From positions 1 through 37,593 of the forward strand of contig CAYWBA010000001.1 in NCBI GenBank assembly GCA_964455955.1: DNA of 37,593 nucleotides, given 5' to 3'. Of this stretch, positions 8,829 through 17,413 are shown piece after piece (within the stretch, counting starts at the first letter, position 1; every line of letters starts with the position of its first letter). This DNA comes from an uncultured Planctomycetota bacterium (GTDB lineage Bacteria > Planctomycetota > SKW154 > DAOVDS01). A model generated the notes under the pieces. The model did not search any database. It saw only the letters and a list, made by a program, of their open reading frames with translations, and was not told where the DNA came from. Both the position numbers and the translations under genes were made by a program.

Positions 8829-10406
8829 TTATCGTACACTGTCCTTATATGGTTTTACTCTGAATACCCCCCCGGTATATGAATATGAGCCAATATATTC
8901 AAAAGAAATGTCCTTAAATTTGAAATCTTTCTTTGCATTGGCCGATTCTTCCATTTTCCTTTTCATTTCGCTTTCGCGCCAGAAAGGTCCCAAGATTGTG
9001 CCTACGTACGTTGGTTTCACTGTCTTAATGAATTCATAAAGCGTTTTACCTTCCTTATAACACCCAAGACCGACCCCATCGATAAGACCGTCTCCACTGA
9101 TCCATTTCAGACCGGGTATGTACCACGCACCCTGCACTTCGTTGGCAATGATGCTTTCTCCTTCTTTAACATGATAAGCCAGTTCCGTTAGATCGGCGAG
9201 CTTTTGGGTTTTATTGGATTCTGCAGTTTGAAATACTGTTCGCGTGGCAAGAAAAAATCCTGCCCCTGCATTGCAGATTAAGATCAACACAAGAAAAGCA
9301 GTAGAAAGAATCCTTTTCCTGCCGTTTTTGTGTAACCTGTGTAGTCCAACAGCTGCGATAAAGTACCAAAGAACTATCATGGGTATCAGGTATCTTCCTC
9401 CCCATGTGGAAGTATACACGAATGAAAAAAAGAAGATCGAGAAAATTGACCAAAATCCAGTTACTATAGCCAAACATCGTTCGAGAGAAGCTCTGTCTCC
9501 TTCTTCTCTTCCTTTTTTCAATTGCCGCGCTATTCCACTAAAGGCTAAGACACCGAGCGGCAACTGCATTAGTAATATGCCAAAAGCATCCGGGCTAAAT
9601 AATATTCCAAGGAAATAAGTCCCATCCAGCCGCGTAACCGCCAATCTTGAACTTGAAGAAGAAGAGAAAAAGGTCCCAAACGTCAGGTAGTGTGATGTGT
9701 AATAAGGAAGGACAACTATGGCAGTTGAAAGCATTACTATGAGGAGAGCAAACATGCTGAGTTGCTTTCTAAATACACGATATATCAAAATGGCATAAGA
9801 TACTGCTGTTATTAATCCCGTCTCAGGCCTGGCCAGAGGTAAAAGCCCTAAGAGTGCTCCTAAAAAAAACAGGTGATACAGCTTTAGATTGTTCGTCCAG
9901 CATGCAGACAGCAGTAGGAAAATTGCCCCTGAAATAATGGCACATAATAGAGATGATTCCATGGCGGAGAAAGTCCAGTAGAGAAGAAAAGGTGTTGTAC
10001 ACCATACTAACGAGGCCTTGAGTGACATTTTCTTGTCCGTACCCAGCAGCCTGGCTATGTGGTATACGCCAAGGGCGGAAAGAGACAGGAATGTGAAAGC
10101 CAGGATTTTTGTAGACAATATCAGAGCATCACCATCAAAAAAAAACGCAAGGCATGCAATGGCGAAGCACCATAAAGGACTAGTGCTTGCTGAAGAGGGG
10201 GTGCCAATGTTGTAGTGAAAGAAATATCCTGCCGCCATATTGCGGCCGAAGATTATCGAAATGAGGCCATCGCCTTCCAGTACGCCATGAAAAAAGAAGA
10301 CATTGAGGGAAAAAACTGCAAGGATTAATAAAAATGTAGCGCAATCGAACAAGTTGTTAATGGCTTTGCTGTCTTCGAGCACGTTACTACCCTTCAGCTC
10401 TACCAA
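8829..10406 (-). CDS. Polytopic membrane protein, GT-C-fold (ArnT/PMT-like) glycosyltransferase candidate with C-terminal soluble domain
   Basis: 525-aa ORF with about 11 hydrophobic segments. It has an early acidic loop (VLEGDGL), an LARPETG loop motif and a ~130-aa soluble C-terminus. It is the last gene of the minus-strand glycan operon. TTG start at 10406; the ORF opens only 4 codons upstream at a TGA. GC is noticeably lower (43-45% in two hand-counted 60-nt samples). Confidence 0.5.
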   Translation of the reverse strand: MVELKGSNVLEDSKAINNLFDCATFLLILAVFSLNVFFFHGVLEGDGLISIIFGRNMAAGYFFHYNIGTPSSASTSPLWCFAIACLAFFFDGDALILSTKILAFTFLSLSALGVYHIARLLGTDKKMSLKASLVWCTTPFLLYWTFSAMESSLLCAIISGAIFLLLSACWTNNLKLYHLFFLGALLGLLPLARPETGLITAVSYAILIYRVFRKQLSMFALLIVMLSTAIVVLPYYTSHYLTFGTFFSSSSSSRLAVTRLDGTYFLGILFSPDAFGILLMQLPLGVLAFSGIARQLKKGREEGDRASLERCLAIVTGFWSIFSIFFFSFVYTSTWGGRYLIPMIVLWYFIAAVGLHRLHKNGRKRILSTAFLVLILICNAGAGFFLATRTVFQTAESNKTQKLADLTELAYHVKEGESIIANEVQGAWYIPGLKWISGDGLIDGVGLGCYKEGKTLYEFIKTVKPTYVGTILGPFWRESEMKRKMEESANAKKDFKFKDISFEYIGSYSYTGGVFRVKPYKDSVR

Positions 10407-10441
10407 CCGCCCTTGTGCTCACTGCTTTGTGCAGATGCAAG

Positions 10442-10645
10442 TGAAGGGGGCCTACCCCCGTTTTATGTACCAACTACAATGAGAGGATTTAAGTTCTGTA
10501 AGCGGAGCGAAGCCGTAGCCGAAGCGGAGCTTACAGAACGCAACGCAAACTCGGCCGGCGTCAGGTTCCCCAACGCGCTGTGCGGCCGAAACTCATTATA
10601 TTCCTTTCTCCATTCCTGCACAACCGCCTGAACTCCCCGAACGTT
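10442..10645 (-). mobile_element. Remnant of an IS3-family insertion sequence: last ~60 codons of the transposase (rve-domain C-terminus) plus candidate terminal inverted repeat
   Basis: The minus-strand frame reads ...VRGVQAVVQEWRKEYNEFRPHSALGNLTPAEFALRSVSSASATASLRLQNLNPLIVVGT*, with stop TAA at 10463-10465. W-x-x-x-YN-x-x-RPHSALG-x-x-TP-x-EF is the classic C-terminal end of DDE (rve) IS3-family OrfB. This frame is closed by a TGA just upstream (about 10677-10679), so no catalytic domain is present. The plus strand at 10442 reads TGAAGGGGGCCTACCCCCG, a TGA-initiated sequence in the position expected for an IS3-type terminal repeat. Confidence 0.6.
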
Positions 10646-10650
10646 CCTGA

Positions 10651-10800
10651 ACCGCCTCCTTGTATATCTCTGACATCAGTTCTCCCTTGACGTTCCAGTC
10701 GTATACTTCGGCGGATACGCTTAAACGCTGCCTGCCCCATGCGGAAGTGCAAACGCCGGTCAGGAAGTTTGTGCCAGAGACCATGCCTTGGTCCGCGAGG
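10651..10800 (-). pseudogene. Frameshifted remnant of the 3' end of a GT4 glycosyltransferase gene, paralogous to the 3' end of 11783..13021
   Basis: 10649-10750 aligns with 11809-11910, including a 35-nt perfect core (10657-10691 = 11817-11851) and one extra base around 10721-10726. Translated, the remnant is KLPDRRLHFRMGQAAFKR / (frameshift) / AEVYDWNVKGELMSEIYKEAV. The intact gene reads KLANDHRLRLRMGQAAFSRANAVYNWDVKGELMSEIYKEAV. The reading is split between track ORFs 10561..10752 and 10596..10847. Confidence 0.65.
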
Positions 10801-10885
10801 GCAACGTAGCCCTTTTTTGCAGTAGTCGTGAGAAAGCGCTCAAACATGTTCCGAAGCAGCTCCCAAAGAAACGCAACGAAAACCT

Positions 10886-11755
10886 TTATTCGGCCTTTCC
10901 ATGAATTGCCACGACATTCCCACCATTAGGCAGGGAACTCAACTTTTGAAGGTCACCATTATTCTCCATACTGAAAAACCGATAGCCAAGCCCTTTCAAG
11001 AGGTTCCATGCACCATCTTTAGAAAAGCCAAGTCGGGTGCATACTCCAGGGTTAATCTCAAAGACAACCACCGGCCGCGCACGATGTAACAGTGAACTTG
11101 CTCCACGCAGAATCATTTCCTCAGCACCCTCAACGTCCATCTTGATGAAATCCACGCTATCAATACTTTCTCTGTCCAGCAGCTTGTCAAGGGTTACTGT
11201 GCTAATTTCTTCAACCCCACCTTTCATCTCAACATCACGGCCAAGCGAGTCCCTGCCCGGGTCAGGGTGGTGATAAAGATGAGCCTTGCCCTCTCGGTCC
11301 CATAAGGCTACACGGAATGCGTGCACGTTTCGCAGACCATTAAGTTGCACGTTATACTCCAAAATACGAAACGTTGACACTGCTGGCTCAAAGGCAAGAA
11401 CTATGCCGTGATCTCCAACCAGTTTGCTGGCCGCTACAGTGTAAATCCCGCAGTTGGCTCCTGCATCAACAACAACACTCCCCGGCGAAATGAGACGCTC
11501 CAAGTAGGCCAACTCGGGTTCATAGTTCTCCCGGAAGGTGAAGGCTAACTTTGAGAACCCCCTCCACTCGGCTGGCAGGAAAAGGCGCACATCCCACCTT
11601 GGAAGTTTGATGGTTGCCGGGATTCCAAGAAGGCACCGTATTCTCCAGGACAGTAGGCGAAAGATAACGCGTAGTGGAGACTGGCGAAAGCCCATCTGGT
11701 TTCTGAGGTAGCGCCACTTAGCCTTCAAAGGCGCTGGTCGGAAGTTACTGCTCAT
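10886..11755 (-). CDS. FkbM-family SAM-dependent methyltransferase
   Basis: VVVDAGANCGIYTVAASKLVGDHGIVLAFEPAVSTFRILEYNVQLNGLRNVHAFRVALWDREG...VDFIKMDVEGAEEMILRGA is the typical FkbM (TIGR01444-like) pattern. GAGGAA precedes the ATG. The start lies 27 nt downstream of the GT4 stop. Confidence 0.85.
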   Translation of the reverse strand: MSSNFRPAPLKAKWRYLRNQMGFRQSPLRVIFRLLSWRIRCLLGIPATIKLPRWDVRLFLPAEWRGFSKLAFTFRENYEPELAYLERLISPGSVVVDAGANCGIYTVAASKLVGDHGIVLAFEPAVSTFRILEYNVQLNGLRNVHAFRVALWDREGKAHLYHHPDPGRDSLGRDVEMKGGVEEISTVTLDKLLDRESIDSVDFIKMDVEGAEEMILRGASSLLHRARPVVVFEINPGVCTRLGFSKDGAWNLLKGLGYRFFSMENNGDLQKLSSLPNGGNVVAIHGKAE

Positions 11756-11782
11756 GGGTAGAATTTCCTCGCGCTACTTTCA

Positions 11783-13021
11783 CTATCTGTTTTGCTTGCC
11801 ATGGGCTCGAACCGCTTCCTTGTATATCTCTGACATCAGTTCTCCCTTGACATCCCAGTTATAGACTGCATTGGCACGGCTGAAAGCTGCCTGCCCCATG
11901 CGAAGCCGGAGTCTGTGGTCGTTAGCTAACTTCTCTATTGCTTCAGCCATATCACGGACAACCTGGCTGGCCGACTGGGGCTTTATTTTTATGCCACACT
12001 CGTCTGTAACAAACTCGCCCGGCCCGCCGCAATCGAGGCATATTACCGGCTTTCCCGCCGCCATCGCCTCAAGAAGGGCCATCCCGCCCGAATCGCGCAT
12101 GCTTGGGAACAGGAAGACATCCGTATCTTTCTGTAACTGGAGAAGCTGCTTTCTATCAACCCAGCCGGGCATCTGGATAATATGGCGAAGGCCGGCCTTG
12201 TCAATCAGGCGAAGCAGAATTTTGCGTTCAGGGCCATCTCCGTATATTCTCATGCGCACATTTTCAAGGCCGTTCTCAACTGCTTTTATCATCGCTCTAA
12301 TAGCAAGGTTAAAGCCTTTTAGCGCTACAAAAATTCCCGCAGATGTAAAAAGCGTTGTGTTTCTGGGAGATTCGGCAAGAGAAAGCTTTTCTTGAGACCA
12401 TATATTCGCTGCAGAGAGGGTCCTGACGTTTTTACACCCCAGGTGTCTAAGCAAATCAGAGGCTGCTTTGTTGACGCCTATGGCAATCGTAGCCGCCCTT
12501 GCAGTCGCATGTACATTCGGGTCCGACTGTGCAAGTCTCTGGCCCAGGGCACGCAAGGACTCGTATTGCCTTACACTCCACCTTGCTGAATGCAGAAGTG
12601 TCCCAGGCCACATGTCAGCCCCGCCTATCGGGCCCCAGACGAAAGGAACGTTCAGCTTCCACAAGAATGACGGCACGCGCCAGCTAACATAAGTAATATG
12701 GTGCGCCAGGTCGAAATTGACTCTTGCATGAAGTTCGCGCGCGCGGCGCAGTGCCGCTACTTGCCACAGATAGTAGTAGGCCCAGCCGAGAAGCTTTCCC
12801 GACATCCTGGGCTGCCGTATCCAGGGAATGTCAACGTATTCGACATGAAGCGAGGGTACTGGTTTTCGTGAAAGTTCTTCTTCGATTCCGTGCCTGTTGT
12901 TTTCGCGTGTCAAGACCCATACATCGTGGAACCTAACTGCCTGCAACGCCCAGTTCCAGCCGGTTCCAGGCTCTGACCCGTGTGTGGGCCCACATGCAAA
13001 TGCGCTAAGCAGGATTTTCAC
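11783..13021 (-). CDS. Glycosyltransferase family 4 (GT-B fold)
   Basis: N-terminus MKILLSAFACGPTHGSEPGTGWNWAL. C-terminal half has FLFPSMRDSGGMALLEAMAAGKPVICLDCGGPGEFV (the E-x7-E-type GT4 donor-binding region). Confidence 0.85.
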   Translation of the reverse strand: MKILLSAFACGPTHGSEPGTGWNWALQAVRFHDVWVLTRENNRHGIEEELSRKPVPSLHVEYVDIPWIRQPRMSGKLLGWAYYYLWQVAALRRARELHARVNFDLAHHITYVSWRVPSFLWKLNVPFVWGPIGGADMWPGTLLHSARWSVRQYESLRALGQRLAQSDPNVHATARAATIAIGVNKAASDLLRHLGCKNVRTLSAANIWSQEKLSLAESPRNTTLFTSAGIFVALKGFNLAIRAMIKAVENGLENVRMRIYGDGPERKILLRLIDKAGLRHIIQMPGWVDRKQLLQLQKDTDVFLFPSMRDSGGMALLEAMAAGKPVICLDCGGPGEFVTDECGIKIKPQSASQVVRDMAEAIEKLANDHRLRLRMGQAAFSRANAVYNWDVKGELMSEIYKEAVRAHGKQNR

Positions 13022-13078
13022 AAAGTTGCTCCGGTTACTTGCGCCGGTTCCTAAGATTTGCCTACCGGCGGCGTCCAG

Positions 13079-15952
13079 CTATTTTTTCCTGAAAAGAATG
13101 CGCTCGTTCAATTTCTGCAATTCTTTCTTGTACGATTCGTTTCCCGGGTCAATCTCCAGCGCCCGCCGGAGGGATTCTGCCGCACCCTCGTAGTCCCTGT
13201 TTGCAGCCCGCGACCGGGCTATTAGGGCATAGTAAACAGCACCGGAAGGGTTAAGCCGGAGTGCTTCGCCAGCGTACACTTCTGCGAGGCTGTATTCTTT
13301 TCTGTGCATAGCAAGGCTGTAGAGATGCCGGTATAAATCCTGCGAAGGCCTTGACTCCGCGAGCTTGAGCAGCAGGGCCTCCGCGGCGTCGTAGTCGCCG
13401 ATACTGACCCGGAATCTTGCTATTTCAAGCTCCAGCTCATAGTCGTCCGGGAACTTCGCCCTCAGGCTCAGGAGGAATCCAAGCCCGTCGTTAAGGAGCT
13501 TTGCTTTTGCGAAGTCCGCGTGTACGTGGCGAAATATCCTGCCCCTGTCCTCTGTCAGGCTTAGCGCTTTCAGGTAATACTCCTTTGATTTCCCGGCATT
13601 GCCGGCCATAGCATACAGGCGTGCAAGCGAGAGAAACAGTCCTGCATCTCCGCGGTAAGAAGGGTCTTTTTCCGAGAGGAGGCGCAAACCTTCATTGTAC
13701 TCCTTGATCGCGCAGGCCCAGAGCTTGCGCGATTCAAGGAACCTTGCAAAACAATAGTGATGCTTCGGGGTGTCAGGCACCAGGTTTTTCAAATTCCGGT
13801 ACTGGAAGCTTGGCAGATACTTCGCAACAAGTTCGAGAGCCATGCTGAGGTATGCAGGATTTATTTCAGAGGTCTTCTTGAACTCGGCTATTGCCTTAAA
13901 CAATGACCTTACATCCCCGGTTCTTCGCCACCTGAACAGATGATATGAGGCTATGTTGTACTGCAGGTCCGGCGGGTGTACAGGCGCCAGTTTCTTGGCG
14001 AGGGAAAACTCTCTCTCCGCCAAAGCCTCCTTATCCAGCCTGGCGTATGCCATACCGAGCCGGTAATGATACTTGCCGATGCAAGGAGCCCAGAATACCG
14101 CCTTCCTGAAGTAATCCCTTGCCTTTTGATAGTTTCCCCTTTCCCTGTACTGAAGGAGGCCAAGCCGGTAGTAAGCCTCGGAATAGGTACGTTCCAGGGA
14201 CAGGCTTTGGTTTAGAGCCTCAATCTTGGCTTGCGCCTCTTTCCGGTCCTTGGCGCATTCAAGCCAGGATTCAGCCTCAGAGCTTCCTAAGACCATTGGG
14301 ATATACACAACTATCAGCACCGCTGAGACAAGGCAGAGAACGACTTTTTTGGAAATATTCGAGACAGCACTCGATATACTGCGCTGTTTTTCATCTGCAT
14401 CTTCACTGGCGGATTTCGACACAGGAAGCTCGTCTATTCGCAGAACCCCGATAGCAAGGCCAAGCAATGTCGCAAAATACATTGCATTTGCAGGTATCTG
14501 GAGGTTGAAGTCGGCGATACTGTGAAAAACTATCGCGGTAACGCCGGCAACGCAACCCGCCGCAATACTGATTTGATACGTCCTCAGTTGCCTTTTCGAG
14601 ATGAGTAGAAAAACGTACAAATACCACGCCACCAAGAAAAGCATCCCGATAAGAAGGCCGGCAATTCCAGTGTCTGAGAGGAGATTAAGGTAATCGTTAT
14701 GAGACTCAGCCCAGTGGCCGTAGAATACTTCCAGAGTCTGGTAGTTCGGAGAAACATGAACGAAGGTCCCAAGCCCGGTGCCAAGGGCAGGATAATCTTT
14801 TGTTACATCCAACGTCATCTTCCACGCTTCAGCTCTCCCGACAGCATCTCCCCCAATGAGAGAGTATCTTCTCAGCACAGGGTCAAGCCCGAGCCACAAG
14901 CTGAGTGCAAGAAGCACGGCGACGATACCGATGACAATGACAGCGCGCCGTCTCTTCTTGTGTTTCCTGCCGACAAGAAGGAAAAAAATGACCAGCGAAA
15001 CGACAAAGGAGAAAATACCCATCCGCGACATGGAGAACACAATAGCCAGCGACATGACAACGATAGCTGTAAGCGGCAGCAGAAACTTTCTGTCCTGCAG
15101 CTTTTCGGAAAGGAAATTGATGACCCGCCGGGCCAGCCCTGTTCTTTCATCCCTGCGGCGCACCCTCTCGATAAAAAGAATAGCCAGCGCCAGAGGAGCG
15201 CACATCTCAAGGTAACCGGCAAAGTGGTTAGCATTAACGTAAGTCCCCGCGGCCCTGCTTAAGCTGTGCTTAGGGTCGAAAAGCGAGGGCAGGCTGTAGT
15301 TTGAAAGATACTGGACCAGCCCGTAAAGCGCCAAGACATAGCCGAAGACCACGATAAGAGTCAGCACGTAGAAGGCGTACTTGCGGTTTCTGAAAAAATG
15401 AGAAGCAACAAAAAACACAATCACATAGGCTATGACTCTGAAAAGCCACAGCTTTGTTGTCTGAGGAACAAGTGAGAGCGTTGTCTCCCCCCTGATTCCA
15501 GAGAGCTCGTTGAGTGCTGCCCTGGCGGGAGAAAGCGCCGTGAGTGTTGTTTCGGAAAACGATACCAGTTGAAAAACCGTAAGAATCACAAAGAGAACGG
15601 ACAAAACATAAACGAAGTATGAAATCTTTACAGGAGCTTCGGCCAGCCGCCCGGGCTTTCCTGGAACCATGGTTGAGACAGCCCACGCGGCAAACATAAT
15701 TGCAGAAACTATTGCAAGAGCTGCGACCTGCCAGGTTTCCACAGCGCCATAGAAAAGAGGGCCAAAAATCAAAACAAAGAAGAAGCCCAAGAGAATCAAG
15801 CAATGGCAAGCGGCCTTAATCCTAATTGCATATGTACCTGGAAGGCAGGTAAACCGGGCTCTGGCTGCAATATCGGCCGGAACATCAGGCGTTTCGTCCG
15901 AAGCCGTATTTCTCAGGTGGTTTTCCGAAGTATTTCCGTATGACTTTTCCAT
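13079..15952 (-). CDS. O-antigen ligase/polymerase-like (Wzy_C) polytopic membrane protein fused to a C-terminal TPR array
   Basis: About 12 hydrophobic segments. Wzy_C-type loop: SRMGIFSF..., HWAESHNDYLNLLSDTGIAGLLIGMLFL. From about aa 560 onward there are TPR-like repeats (AYYRLGLLQYRERGNYQKARDYFRKAV, YHYRLGMAYARLDKEALAEREFSLAKKL, ...AVYYALIARSRAANRDYEGAAESLRRALEIDP). Confidence 0.8.
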   Translation of the reverse strand: MEKSYGNTSENHLRNTASDETPDVPADIAARARFTCLPGTYAIRIKAACHCLILLGFFFVLIFGPLFYGAVETWQVAALAIVSAIMFAAWAVSTMVPGKPGRLAEAPVKISYFVYVLSVLFVILTVFQLVSFSETTLTALSPARAALNELSGIRGETTLSLVPQTTKLWLFRVIAYVIVFFVASHFFRNRKYAFYVLTLIVVFGYVLALYGLVQYLSNYSLPSLFDPKHSLSRAAGTYVNANHFAGYLEMCAPLALAILFIERVRRRDERTGLARRVINFLSEKLQDRKFLLPLTAIVVMSLAIVFSMSRMGIFSFVVSLVIFFLLVGRKHKKRRRAVIVIGIVAVLLALSLWLGLDPVLRRYSLIGGDAVGRAEAWKMTLDVTKDYPALGTGLGTFVHVSPNYQTLEVFYGHWAESHNDYLNLLSDTGIAGLLIGMLFLVAWYLYVFLLISKRQLRTYQISIAAGCVAGVTAIVFHSIADFNLQIPANAMYFATLLGLAIGVLRIDELPVSKSASEDADEKQRSISSAVSNISKKVVLCLVSAVLIVVYIPMVLGSSEAESWLECAKDRKEAQAKIEALNQSLSLERTYSEAYYRLGLLQYRERGNYQKARDYFRKAVFWAPCIGKYHYRLGMAYARLDKEALAEREFSLAKKLAPVHPPDLQYNIASYHLFRWRRTGDVRSLFKAIAEFKKTSEINPAYLSMALELVAKYLPSFQYRNLKNLVPDTPKHHYCFARFLESRKLWACAIKEYNEGLRLLSEKDPSYRGDAGLFLSLARLYAMAGNAGKSKEYYLKALSLTEDRGRIFRHVHADFAKAKLLNDGLGFLLSLRAKFPDDYELELEIARFRVSIGDYDAAEALLLKLAESRPSQDLYRHLYSLAMHRKEYSLAEVYAGEALRLNPSGAVYYALIARSRAANRDYEGAAESLRRALEIDPGNESYKKELQKLNERILFRKK

Positions 15953-16149
15953 CTCAGACTGGACTCATTCCACGATACGTTACCGGATGCATTTCACTGC
16001 TGCCAAAAGCAATCTGCAAAAAGAACCAAGGATTACAACTCGGAAATTTCTTCTTGTCCGAACAATTATCCCTTTTGCTTTGGCCCTGTCAAGAAAGTCT
16101 ATGGAAAAGAAGTAGGGTCAGGCGCTTGCAGAAAAAATAACCTCGGGTC

Positions 16150-16177
16150 TTGAATTCTCCGCTGCTTGCGCTATACT
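16150..16177 (+). promoter_or_regulatory. Candidate promoter upstream of tRNA-Ile (TTGAAT-N16-TATACT)
   Basis: TTGAAT at 16150-16155, a 16-nt spacer, TATACT at 16172-16177, about 85 nt upstream of the tRNA. Confidence 0.3.
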
Positions 16178-16261
16178 GAGTTGGTTCCATATTGGTTCCA
16201 AGAACACCCGACATTTCATGCAAGTTGTTGGGAGTTTGACAGTTACTGAAAGTGAAGTAAC

Positions 16262-16335
<74 letters not shown>

Positions 16336-16526
16336 TTCTCAGCCTCCGAACCGCCGGCACGACAGGCGGAACCCCTCTCGCAATGTATTGCCCCCACGCA
16401 ACATGCGGCTTTATTCGACAAACCCTTGTGAGAAATCCGGGTTAGAAGCGGCAGGAAAGGCTTATGTTTTGCTTGATTTTTCGCGCAAAAGGCCTAAGAT
16501 GCACATCGTCTATGCCGTTGATGCCG

Positions 16527-16617
16527 GGAGAGGTGGCAGAGCGGTCGAATGCGGCAGATTGCTAATCTGTTGAGGGGTAATTGTGCTCCTCCGGGGGTTC
16601 GAATCCCCCCCTCTCCG
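16527..16617 (+). tRNA. tRNA-Ser (anticodon GCU), class II with long variable arm, CCA not encoded
   Basis: Acceptor GGAGAGG/CCTCTCC, 3-bp D stem GCA/TGC, anticodon stem GCAGA/TCTGT with loop TTGCTAA, long variable arm (GAGG...CCTC), T stem GGGGG/CCCCC with loop TTCGAAT, discriminator G. 91 nt. Followed by TTT. Confidence 0.93.
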
Positions 16618-16817
16618 TTTTCACTGCCGATTCTTGCACCCCGTTGCGAAGAGCCCTAAAATAAAGAGTTTCGGAGCTGTCACTCGTTTCTGTTGTTTCA
16701 GTAAGTCTGACTTTCGCTGAACAGTGTCAAAATTTATGCGCTATTTGCGAATGTGTAGAAAGCCAGTGGCTATGCGTGGACGCGCTGGTTCCTGCAATAG
16801 CTTGACAGGAGGCGGGG

Positions 16818-17411
16818 GTGCGACTACAATTCCTTGACCGGAAGCGGAGGTGGGGATTGAAGGTAGAGTTAGGCTGCGGCAAGAACAAGAAAGAAGGGTT
16901 TGTGGGCGTTGACATTGCGCCGCGCGAGTCTGTGGATTTAGTCGCGGACCTGCGCCGCGGCCTGCCGTTTGCCGAATCGTCAGTAACAGAACTGCGCGCA
17001 ATTCACCTCTTCGAGCACATCTCGGATACGGCCGGTCTCATGGGCGAAGTGTACCGGGCCTGCGCGCCCGGGGCACTGGTTACCATCGAGGTTCCGTATG
17101 CCCGCTCGGACGGCGCGTTCGCAGACCCGACCCACGTCAGCCTCTTCACCGAGGGCACGTGGGAATACTTTGACCGCGGCAGAAAGGCATGGGAGTTTTA
17201 CCAGTTCGACTTCGATTTCAAAATCAAATCCCTGCGTTTCAACTACCTCAAAGGCAAAACCTTAAAAAGAATCCCTCTCGTGGGCAAGCTGCTCAGGTGG
17301 CTTGTCCGCAAGCTGCTGTGGCGGGCCCTCTGGAACGTGGTGTTTTCTGTAACAGTCGAGCTTGAGGTAGTGAAACCTGCGCGCCAGCCGGAGGAAGAGG
17401 CAAGGAGGTAG
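16818..17411 (+). CDS. Small class I SAM-dependent methyltransferase
   Basis: VELGCGKNKKEGFVGVDI (motif I), ...LRAIHLFEHISD..., ...LVTIEVP. GTG 16818 follows AGGAGG at 16807-16812. An in-frame TTG at 16857 after GGAGG 16846-16850 is an alternative start. Confidence 0.7.
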   Translation: MRLQFLDRKRRWGLKVELGCGKNKKEGFVGVDIAPRESVDLVADLRRGLPFAESSVTELRAIHLFEHISDTAGLMGEVYRACAPGALVTIEVPYARSDGAFADPTHVSLFTEGTWEYFDRGRKAWEFYQFDFDFKIKSLRFNYLKGKTLKRIPLVGKLLRWLVRKLLWRALWNVVFSVTVELEVVKPARQPEEEARR

Positions 17412-17413
17412 GT

